Of a stretch of DNA of 64,000 nt, positions 26,370 to 36,759 are shown one piece after another. Location: the NCBI RefSeq assembly GCF_036321535.1, contig NC_087472.1, forward strand, positions 93,498,001 to 93,562,000, in the 5' to 3' direction. Position 1 is the stretch's first letter; every line of letters starts with the position of its first letter. The notes below the pieces were generated by a model that had not been told where the DNA came from, made no database searches, and worked only from the letters and a program-made list of their open reading frames with translations. Origin of the DNA: Camelus dromedarius (taxonomy: Eukaryota). Both the position numbers and the translations under genes were made by a program.

Positions 26370-27850
26370 TACAAACACTAACAAATGAAAATACCTGTAA
26401 TAAAAATCAATAACGTGACTATACTGAAGGTAAGGGGTAAACAACTAACCTAAATAACTTTAGGAAACAGTAACTTGACTGGATGCTTTAGATAAAGACA
26501 AAAAGAACTATGCACAAATGCTTTTATGTAGTCAGTAAATTTGTTTCTCTAGAGGCATTGATAAGACATTCTGAAACTAATTTATGTGCATACTGGAATT
26601 GAACAAATAAGTAAATAGGTTGTAATTAATAAAACTAAGATTTCTCACTATTGGAGAAAGAAATTACAGATAAAATGAGAAGATTAAAATGATTCCTATG
26701 GTGTGAAATTACAATCTGAGCTATTAGTACATACTTGTTACACACACATTCACAGATATAAAAATAGATGTGTATATACATGGGTTAATATACAAATATT
26801 TCCTAGCCCTGGCTTCTGAGAGGGCCTAGAAACAATGACACCCCAGTAGTAATTAGTATACCTAGTCACAAGACATTGGTTTCTTAAGCATCGTTCTTCT
26901 ATAAAAAGAACCATGGATTCTTGCAGAAGTGGTTCTTCCGGGCTGAGATGGGAAAAGTCAAAATGAGCTTGGAACATTGTGTGGTACCAGAAAAAATAAT
27001 ACTCTCAAAAGATACGGGGGAGGAGAGCATTGTTGAAAGAATACAGTATTAGGAGAAAGAGTTCCTAATGGCCAAAGCTTTGAGCAACAAAATAAGTAAT
27101 GCTGGTGTTGGATTATAACCCAAAGAGTTAAAAAAAAATTCATGAGTCACTATAAGTAAATACTATAGTGGTGATCATTGAGTACTTGATCTACTAATGG
27201 GCACTAGAATTAGAGGGTTTGAGGAGAGAGGTTTGCACCGTCTCAAAGTATCTGCCCCCAAGACACTTGTTGACTACAGGAGAAATCATCGTAACTTTAC
27301 AGTGGAAACTCCCAGCAGAGACGACCTTGACAAGGTGATTCAGATCAGTGTTGCCAGGAATAAGATATATTGAAATCAGAAACCCTGTGATATGGTGCAG
27401 TGCTGAAAGACATGGCACCATTCTGTGGTTCTCTTTCCAAGTCTAATAATAAGAGACCAGATAGGCCTAAGGTGATGGACATTCAGCAAAATAACCAATC
27501 AGTATCCTTTGGGATTGATAGTGTCATGAAAAAAAAAAAAAAAAAACCAAACAGGAAAGACTAGGGAACTATTGTAGATTGTAGGAGTCTGGGGAGAAAT
27601 AACAACTGAATGCAATGTGGGACACTGATTAGGATCTTTAAAAGGCATAATAGTGGAAAAAGTTGTGAAGTTAATTTGGTTAATGCTATTAGGACAATGT
27701 TAACTTCCTGGTTCTAGCACTTGTATGATGGTTATCTAAGATTTTAACATTGGAGGAGGCTGGGTGACGGATATATTGAAATTCTCTGTACTATATTTGC
27801 AGCTTTTCTGTACATCTGAAAGTAGTCTGAGAGAAAACATTTTTTTAAAT
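26370..27850 (+). mobile_element. L1MC/MD-type long 3' UTR
   Basis: Shares diagnostic motifs with 42950-44130 (e.g. ttggattataacccaaag; gtaactttacagtggaaa). Confidence 0.7.
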
Positions 27851-27869
27851 TGCCGTTATAAAAAAATTC

Positions 27870-28450
27870 AGGAAGACTTCCATGTTAGTTGCTGTAAACA
27901 ACTTTTCAAATAGGCAGAATATGATGTGACCCGGAAAGAGTCAGAACAAGATTACTATTCTGGAAAATAGGAAAACAAATGAAGTAGGTTCCCCAAGTGA
28001 CCCTGTGTTTCTGCTTAGAGGCAATGTCTAGACTGTAGTGCAAGGAGGATAAACCAAAACGGAGCACAGTGGACTCACTGAACTGAGGACGTAGTGATCA
28101 GAGTTTGGGAAGAGTAAAGCTGTTGAAGTTTGCCTGGCAAGTTGTTGGAGGGAAGATTGCTAGGTAGAGTTAATGCTCTAGAAGTGTGTAGAAGGGTCCC
28201 CCTGGGTCTTTCATTGAACATTAAACTGCTCACATGAAGGGCAGGACTCCATGGGACTGGTCAAAGAGGAGTTAAAAAAAATACTGGAGAGTGGTGAGCT
28301 GAACAACTATTGGAAGGCACACATGGTTGGGAGACTTTTAAATATTGACTAGCCAGAGGGGGAAATCCTCTTATACCTAAAATAATTCAGTAGAGTCTCA
28401 GACAAGTCTAAGCTGTAGAAATAGGATGAATGTAGTCCAAAAATAATGGC
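27870..28450 (+). mobile_element. Old L1M 5'-end fragment
   Basis: gagcacagtggactcactgaactgaggac...gatcagagtttggg...agggtccccctgggtctt resembles L1MC/MD 5' ends. Confidence 0.45.
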
Positions 28451-28849
28451 TACCATACACCATCATAACTGCCTTCAAATCATGGGTTGGATTTCTGGGG
28501 AAGGCTTAAGCTGGAATAAGAGCCCCCCAAGTCTAAAATGTATACAGCCACTGTATACCAGTTAAATACAAGTTGTGTCGTGGAGTCCTGGCCTTCAAGG
28601 ACCTGTGCTCTCTGGACTTCATAGTCCCTCTTATGGAATCTGGTCATTGCTCTCTCCCCAGGTCTTCCTGATGTTCCTCACTAGCTGAGGGGCTTCTGTC
28701 TGAACCCACTCCCTGAAACCTGGTCACTCTGATCAAATTCTTATTTCTTAAAGTAAAGAGAAAAATCTTATTTACATTTCAGAATTTTTAAAGTATGTCG
28801 AGAAGAATTCTGGTACCACTGAAGAAATCCCGCTTTCTATGGATGAGAG

Positions 28850-29600
28850 ATTAAGTTAATTTTCTGCTCAATCTACTTAGAAAACGGGGAAATTAAAATA
28901 ACTGTGAGAAAATATATTTTCACCTTAAAGTTTGACCAAAATTTAAAAGGCTGATAAAATGCCTCTGAGAGTGTAAATTACATATATGAATATGCAAGAA
29001 TATGAATCAGTACAGCTTTATTTGAACAGACTATCAGCAATATTCATAAAAAATTACAATCATCACATGCTTTCCACTTCAGTCCAATTTGCACTTTGCT
29101 ATGTATATCTTATAAGAAAACTTACATATTTACCCAAGAATTCGTGCTCAATGATATGTTGACATAAGTTCTTTAATCATAGCAACAAATGAAAACAGTT
29201 TATATGTCCATCAGGAGAAGAATGGTTAAATTAATTTTGGTACATACCCACCTTAGAATACTGGGAATAGTTAAGAGAGTGAGATGAATCTATATGTGCT
29301 CTCAGGGAAAGATCCTGCATTCATTTTAGTAAGTGGCAAGTGTAAGAGGCAGAACAATGTGTATGCTGTTATTCATGTGTATTAAAAAACTGACAATGTA
29401 TTTTTACAACACATCTATGTAAGAAAAAATCTAGAATAAGTTTTTAAATAACAATTTTTAAATTCTGGTTGCTTCTGAGGAGAGGGGTGAATTTTAGAGG
29501 AATTTGATAAGGAAGGGGAATTGCGATCCATTCACATTGTTAGAATTTTGGGGCAATAAGAGCATTTGCACTATTACTTAAAACCAAAATTTTCTTTAGG
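28850..29600 (+). mobile_element. L1ME-like fragment shared by all three units (also about 44830-45560 and 54840-56200)
   Basis: atagcaacaaatgaaaac...tgtccatcaggagaagaatggttaaattaatt...agagtgagatgaatctatatgt in each unit. Confidence 0.65.
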
Positions 29601-30004
29601 GGCAAATATAGAGACAAGATGCAGTGGAAGAATGTTCACTTTTTCTTTTCTTGTCAAGAATAGCAGTCTACCCTGGAACCATTTTTCACCTCCTAGAAGG
29701 ACACCTGAGTTTTTAGGAATTCTGTCTTTGTAGATGTTTGCTTACACCGTGATTTCCATGATCTTTTCTCATCTGCTGCTTATGGAGGAACCTTTGGATT
29801 TGAACAACAAGGTGAACTCACTTACTGGTTTAAGTGGTCAATGGCCAATCTCAAATCAGCCCATTAAAATTCTACTGCAATTGTCAGGGTGGTTTCCAAA
29901 ACCTCCTAACTCCAGGGTTATTATCCTAAGAACCAGTAGATTCTATGCCAAATCAGTCATCAGCAGATTTGAAAAACACTTTAAGAACGTGATGGAGGCA
30001 CCCG

Positions 30005-30514
30005 CTGTCTGAAGTGAACAATTACATGGAAAGGGCAGCCGCTATCAGAGAGTCCACAGTGAGAAACGGGATCCGTAGGGAGGTGGGATGCTCTAAGTCA
30101 GGGGAAGCCAGGGGATGTGGGCCATCTGTTCCTCTGGGAGCAGAGGGCAGCTTCCTGAGGAAGTTGCACAGAAGAGCTGACCAGCGGGTCAGCTTCCAGT
30201 TTGGACACGTGGGCACACTGGGGAAAACCCAGGGGAAGGGCGCTGTCATGTGGGAAAATGCTTGGACTGATCACTCAGGCTGGGACCAGGGCAGTCAGCT
30301 CTCAAGGAACCCTGGGGTGAAGAGCGGGAGGATCCTGGGTAAATGAAGCCCCCAGACAGTCCCCAAATTGTGTTTGGTTCTCGTTTTCACCCTCCTTCTT
30401 TAGGCCTCCTTTTAGTATTTTGGCCACAGAGTCCTTCTTTTCATTGTGAAGCAGTGAAAAGACAAATGAATTAATGGACACAAGGTCTGTCTCAGGCTGG
30501 GAGAAGTGGAACAG
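30005..30514. repeat. 510-bp near-identical repeat, copy A (copy B at 58150-58659)
   Basis: Offset 28145; 7 substitutions counted by eye, no indels. Confidence 0.92.
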
Positions 30515-30519
30515 TGTGG

Positions 30520-30740
30520 GCTGTAGAGGAATTCAGATCAGGGCTGAAGTCCCAGCCCTGTCACTAGCTATGTGAACTCAGCACATTACCAAATTCTGTG
30601 AGTCTCAGATGCTTCATCAATTAAGTGTGTTTGATAAGCCTTGTCTTCTAGGACTGTTGGAATATGTAAATATATGTGATCACCTGGCACAGTGACCAGT
30701 GTGCATTAAAACTTAAAAAAATGGCAATTATTGCTGTGAT
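30520..30740 (+). mobile_element. MIR shared by all three units (also about 47990-48240 and 58660-58910)
   Basis: gtcccagccctgtcactagctatgtgaactcag...ctggcacagtg at the homologous position in each unit. Confidence 0.65.
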
Positions 30741-32270
30741 TTTTTTGACTCCAGATAATACCAACCCTCTTGCCGAGATTTTTGTTTTGTTTTGCTATTG
30801 TTTTAATCCAGGAAATGTCTGAGAATATGCAGTACTGTAGGATGCTGAGCACCAAGTCAGCCAAAAATTCTACTTAATGAGAAAATATACCTTGGTAAAT
30901 CATCCCCCTTAGAGGATGTATTATTTAATTGGGTGTTGGGGAATCCTCCCCATCTGGATGTAACTCATAGCTCCTAAAATATGTGTCAGGAACCAACTTC
31001 TTTCCTCCCTCCCCTGGATCCAAATAACCCCTATTTTCATTCATTTACCCTCTCCCAAAATCAAGCTCTCCCTTAGAGTTTGCTAGATTTTACTCAAGAT
31101 AACCTAATTAAAATGCCCTATTAACAGAGCAGGCTCTGCTTCTCCTGGTCCAGGGCAAAGAGTGACAGCACTGTGGCTTCTTGGCACTCCACCTCAAGAA
31201 ATTATACCCTTATTTATCAGAAACTCCCTGGTGATGATGTGGATAAGTCACCTAGTTTGTGCACTGTGTTCTCCTGCACTGGGACAAGAGCACAGGGTAC
31301 CTTCCACCCCTGCCGCAGGTGGAAGGTTCTCTCTGGTTAATCCATGATCCCAAAGTAACTGCTGAAAGCAGTTCTCCATTGAAAGCTTGATTTCACAACT
31401 CTGAGACACACCACCCAAGGGTCTGGTCCTTGCTCACCACCCTCACACCCGCCTCTGACCCACTGCCCATCTTAACTTAAAATTACCTCTCATTGAAGGA
31501 CTTGAGGTTTTCCAGAGCTCCAAGTTTTCTTGCCTCAGGACATTCACACTTGCGTGCTCTCATCTGGACCTCTCTCACCTCCCCCAACTCATCCTTCTTT
31601 TCACTCCTTTTTTTTTTTTTTTTTGTCTTAGAGGGTATTTCACCACCTTCCTTATATAATGGCTGTTTTTAGACTCTATAATTCAATGGGCAAAGGCTCA
31701 GTCTTCTTTTTCTACCATCCCCCATACTACCATGGAGCCTTCTAAAGAGGATACTCAATTAATATTTGAGAGGGAAAAAAAACAGTGAACAATTTATTAT
31801 GATTTAATTTTTCCTAAATTATTGAATAAATGAAACAAGTTCAAGTATATAACTTTTATTTTACAGAAAAGCAGAATACAAGGAATAAGGGAAACCAAGA
31901 ATGAACCATCTTTTACTTTTTTCTCTATTTTTAATCTCAACTGTTTTACTGCTAATTTCTTTCACATTTCTAAGGAAATGCCTATACCAATGCTATTCCA
32001 GATCACTAAACAAGCTAGACTGTTATCCAATTTGTTTAATAAAATAGAAAAACTCTTACTCTTAAACCTCATAAACAGCATTAAGTATGTAAGCAACATC
32101 ATTCATGCACTTAGATTCTGAAGCTAATTTTTTAAAAAGAAGCAACATTTGAAAACTTTCCTCAACAGCAACAAAACATAAATCTATGTTACTCAAATAT
32201 GTTATGCACTGTGATCCCTCCAGCACCACCAAAGCTCCCACACTACTTCAGGAAAATGCTTCAGATTTCA

Positions 32271-33311
32271 CTACAGGTGGGAGAAGCTGCCCTGAAAATT
32301 GGCCCCGGAACGTACACTGACCAAGGCACCAGTGCGAATCATAGCTGCAGCTCTGGCTCGGGCTCTCTCTTCCTTATCTCTCAAAGCCTCTTCATACCAG
32401 GATGGGAAGGCACTGGGGACTGTATTGTGGATCTTAGCCAAGAACTCAAGGACTTTCATCTTGCTGGTTTCCGCACAGGCTCTTGGACCCCACAGGAACT
32501 CATAGTGGGGAGGATCACTGTTGGGCACCTGGCGGTACTCCAGGTATCTTTCCTGCACCAAATCTTCAGTGATGAGCTTCTTGGGGTCCCCATACATGAG
32601 GTGCTTCTTTGCAGCATATATCCCCATCACATTGAGTACTTCCCAGATATCCTCCTCAGTGGCACAGTTGCCTTTCATGAAGATCACACAGAGGATCGTC
32701 ATAAGGAGGCCGGTCTTGGGCGTGATCTCCTCACCCCTCAGCCTCTCATCACTGGTGCGCTGGAATTTGCTGACAAGGGCATAGCAGTGCCTGGTGGGGT
32801 CGACTTCCTTCACATCAATGCCAAAGGCCAGCAGCATCAGAGGCTTTTCTGAGGATCTCATGGAGGTGCTCCTTGTACCTTTTGATGACATGCTTCATAA
32901 TATCTTCCTTTGTAATGGGCTCTCTCACGTTATACTTGTGCAGCAGGAATTGCACCAACAGAATTGCCTTCTGGTCTAGAGGGGTTCTGCAGGAATAATC
33001 AGTGCTGGGTGATGCCTGGGAGATGCTTGGTTTTTCTTCATCCTGGCTCTTGGCACCTTCATCATATCTTGTGCATGAAACACCTGCAGAAGTAGTGGTA
33101 GTGGATGGGGCTCTCTGAGACCCCTGGTATTTTCTACCTGACCCAGCAGCAGGGGAACTCTGGAGATTACCACCAAAAGGAAGGCATTGGGGGGAGGGGG
33201 CCCTTCTGCTGCTGCTGCAGTGACCTGAACATCTTGGAGACGCTGAGTCTCACTCCTGGCCTGACGGCATTTCTCACAGGTGTGGAGCTTACTCTTTTGT
33301 CCCCGAGGCAT
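32271..33311 (-). pseudogene. MAGE-B family pseudogene with two frameshifts
   Basis: MPRGQKSKLH start at 33311. A frameshift near 33181-33205 puts PFGGNLQSSPAAG...[48 protein letters not shown] in another frame. A second frameshift near 32837 returns to [14 protein letters not shown]...[24 protein letters not shown]...SFSHL*. Confidence 0.88.
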
Positions 33312-33372
33312 GATGGCACAAGTCAGGAGCAGCAGTTAGGAGTGTGGGCAGCATAGCAGGCAATGAGGGCAC

Positions 33373-33390
33373 CTGGAGGAGGGAGAGGAT
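33373..33390 (-). promoter_or_regulatory. Splice acceptor of the coding exon, unit 1 pseudogene
   Basis: Minus strand atcctctccctcctccAG|gtgccctc. Confidence 0.7.
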
Positions 33391-33549
33391 GCTGTGAGCA
33401 CCTTCAGCAGGGAGATTCCTCCCTGGCTGTAACCACAGTTGCCTCTGCAGGTTTCTGTGAGGGCACTGCTCTCATACCCGACAGGGCTCCTTTTCTGATC
33501 AATCAGTTTCCTGAGAACCGTGCAGAGGAAGTTAAGAGTGTACTTTGGA

Positions 33550-34390
33550 TTGGCAGGTCTAGGCTCTGTGGGATCCCCTCTGTTCTGAGGTGGAGAATCC
33601 TCTCAGTTCACATTAAGGATCGTTCTGTCAATTGTTGGCAGGGCCCACTCCTCCTCCCTTCTGCGGCTCTGAAGCTAAACTCCTTCCACCAATGGCCTTC
33701 CCTCTGAGACCCCTGAGGAGAAAATGAGGGAGAGCCTTAGCTGCCTGCCTCTGCTGGGGACTTCCAGAGCTGACAAAAGGAGCAGGGCTTTATGCAATCC
33801 CCTTTGTCTTGATTAGGGTTTTTAGTCATCACTCAAGTCACCTCCCCCACCAGACCAAGACCCCCACCTCCTGGAGTTGGACCGCTCTGCCCTGGGCCTC
33901 CCAGGGTAGACCGCAGGGACAGCAAGGGTGTGTTCAGAGTTGAGAATACCTTCAGTCCTTGCTCAGGCTCCTCTCCTTGCCTCTGAACAAACCCTGGGAT
34001 GTTTCCCTCTGTTGATCTGACTCTACCAGCCTCAGATCAAAGTCTTCATTCCTTGAGACCTCGAGGCAGAGTTGAGGGGGCGTTGGGCCTAACAGCCATG
34101 CCACGGGCCTCTTGGTGTGGGGCAGATCGGAGCGGGGTTCCGTGAGGTCTCCTTTGTTCTAGTGAGGTGTGTTCCCGCAATTCTAAGTGTCCTCACCTTG
34201 ACTCTCAGCATCGCCTCTCCCCTCCAGAGACCTGAGGCTGCCCTCCTCAGACCTGAGACCCTGAGGGTGGAAGTCAGTCAGTACCTCATGGCGACAGCTC
34301 TGCCCTGGGCTTCCCAGGAGTGAAAAGCAAGGGTGGGCTCTGTGCGGGTCCCTCTATTCTGGGGTGGGTTATCCCCTCTGTTTTCAGGGT
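33550..34390 (-). repeat. Degenerate array of about 4-5 MAGE 5' cassettes, unit 1
   Basis: Same module, core near 33605, 33826, 33957, 34179 (cctcaccttgactc = CAAG|GTGAGG on minus strand), partial copy near 34376. Confidence 0.65.
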
Positions 34391-35386
34391 TGAGGCAGGG
34401 AGTCAGGTGTCCTCCTTTTGGCTGCTTCTTTAAAGACTTCCTGGGTAATACTAACTTTGAAAGCTCTGAGCTGTTTCCCTATTACAGACCTTGCAGAAAA
34501 TGGATAAAATTCTCAGGCTAGATAGGAGATGGGAAAGTTGCAGCACAAGGCAGGGTCCCAGGACGAGTGGTGGGCTGTGAAGAGAAAAAACACACCGGTC
34601 CATTGCATTTGTTTGCCAGCCAGACTTAGACTTTGGGGAAAACTCTACTCTAAAAGATGTACTTTCTGAGCGGAAGAAGCTGTACTGCATGATTTTGTGA
34701 GACCCAGACCTTTTGATATTATCTAACGTTGCTCAGTCCAGTGCAGTCATTTTTATTTTCTGACCCTCATTCATACTAAGAAATATATTTACATCCCTAA
34801 CAAGTGTGTGTATTTTTTCATGAAAGAACACCTACCCTTGTTAAGTGTGGTTCACTCTTTTCATTCCTTGTATTTGATTATAATATTACTTTTTAAAAAA
34901 TCAGTCCTCACCCTTTAAAGAGGTTTTGGGTTATTACTACCAGCTTTTGGAGTCATACTGTTTCAAAAAAAACCCCACCAAACTCTGGTGCCATCCTGAT
35001 ATTACCCCATGGTCCTGGCACATGGCTCTGAAGAGCTGCCTCAAGTTCCTTCAGTGAAGCAGTAGAAATTCATTGTCCCAGGGCTCTCTGGAAGAATCAA
35101 GGGCTGAACTTTAAAAATCTTTCCTCCAACCAACCCTGTCATCTGCCTCTCTTGCAGCCACAAACTAGTCTCAACGTAAAGGCATGCCCTTACCTGCCCA
35201 CACTCAGGTTCTAGTTCAACACGGACTTACTCTGTTCCAGGGGATCCTCATTTATGTTGTTTTGCCATTGCAGATATTGTTCTCTTTCATCATCTTTCAT
35301 TCTCCCTTTTATAGTTTCTCCACGATTAAGCTTAGGAAACAGAAGCCCGCATCTGGTAGCCATCTTGAAAGCTGCATATGAGGCTA

Positions 35387-35777
35387 TGTATTAGTACGCT
35401 CAGGCTGCCATAACAAAATACCACAGACTGGGTGTCTTAACAACAGCATTTTATTTTATCACAGTTCTAGAGGCTAGTAGTCCCTGATAAAGGCACCAGG
35501 AGATTCAGTTTCTGGTAAGAGCTCTCTTCCTGGCTTCTTGCTGTGTCCTCACATGGACTCTTTTCTGTAAATACACACACTCACACACAGAGGGTGATAG
35601 CTGGTGTGTCTTTCTCTTATAAGGACATCAGCCCTATTGGATTAGGGCCCCACTCTTATGACCTCATTTAGCCTTAATAACCTCCCTAAAGACCCTATCT
35701 CTAAATACAGTCACACTGGGGACTAGAGCTTCAACATATGAATTGGGGATGGAGGGGACACAATTCAGTCCATAGCA
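35387..35777 (-). mobile_element. MLT1A/B-like MaLR LTR
   Basis: tgtattagt...gctgccataacaaaataccacagactggg...ttggattagggcccc...cacaattcagtccatagca. Confidence 0.85.
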
Positions 35778-35779
35778 GG

Positions 35780-36690
35780 TAGTAAATCAGTAAATAATTT
35801 AAGGAGAACTCATATATTTACAATATTCTTTTCCCCATGAATAAATAAACATAGTGTACTCCTGTATTTATTTGGGATTTCTTTCTCTATCAGTACATTT
35901 TTATAGTTGCCTCCAAAAAGATTGTGTATATTTTTGTTAAGTTTCTTTTTAGGTAAAATTTGGTTATTGCTGCTGTTTTTACTGGGATATTTTCTATTAA
36001 TTATCTTAATTAGCTATTGATTTTATGTGGCTTGCTCCTGATTTTGGTATAGTCATCTTATATACAATGGCTTTTGGAGTCTCTTATTCATTTCAGTATT
36101 TTGTGCACTGGTTCCTTTGGATTTTCCTAGAAGATCATATTGTTGGCATTTATTACCTCTGTCTTTTCAATATTCCTCCTCATATTTATTCTTATACTCT
36201 TATTCCTCTAGTTATATATTCTAGTCCACTTTTAAACAGTAGATATAGTACCATAACATCTATGTTTTTGTCCTGACTTTGATGGGCATGCTTCTAACAT
36301 TTCACATTTATCTAAATTTGCTGTAGATTTTATGAAATGGAAATTCTCTTCAAATGTTATTTTACTCAAGTTTTTTTACCATGAATGGGTGGCAAATATT
36401 TTTTTTCAAAGGATTTTTCTATATCCCTGGACATGATCAAATGCATTTTACCCTCTAATCTATCAGTGCAGAGAAATTCCAGTTGACAGTTCTTTGTAAT
36501 GTTATAATATCTTTGCATTTCTTGAATTCAGTCTGTTTATTCACTGCTATATTGGATATGCAACAGGTTTACTTAGGATACATGTCTCTATGTAAGTAAG
36601 CTAAGCTCAAGTGATTTCTTTCTTGGGGTGTCCTTATTTGGTCTTTGTATCAAGGTCAGCACACCTGTTAAAATGAGTTAGTAATTTCTC
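35780..36690 (-). mobile_element. Very old L1 ORF2 fragment
   Basis: T-rich antisense L1 motifs (tcctgactttgatgggcatgcttcta; tttgctgtagatttt; ttgtatcaaggt). Confidence 0.6.
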
Positions 36691-36759
36691 ATCAATAGAT
36701 TACTAGCTAATGAAAATGTGAAATAAAGATATGATATTTATAATGATCATTTTAACTAG

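Larger units (their letters stand above)
28580..34400. repeat. MAGE-B duplication unit 1
   Basis: Colinear diverged homology to units 2 and 3 (e.g. 28660-28800 vs 44620-44750 vs 54620-54770; 31220-31350 vs 48700-48850 vs 59320-59480). Boundaries approximate. Confidence 0.8.

Noticed and set aside
30014..30346. 110-aa ORF repeated at 58159-58491
   Set aside because: GTG start, no domain, not preserved in unit 2; explained by the 510-bp near-identical tract.
32199..32852. 217-aa plus-strand ORF, and similar ORFs at 50210-50536 and 60379-60777
   Set aside because: Antisense shadows of MAGE coding sequence with no recognisable domain and no consistent start or stop across paralogues.
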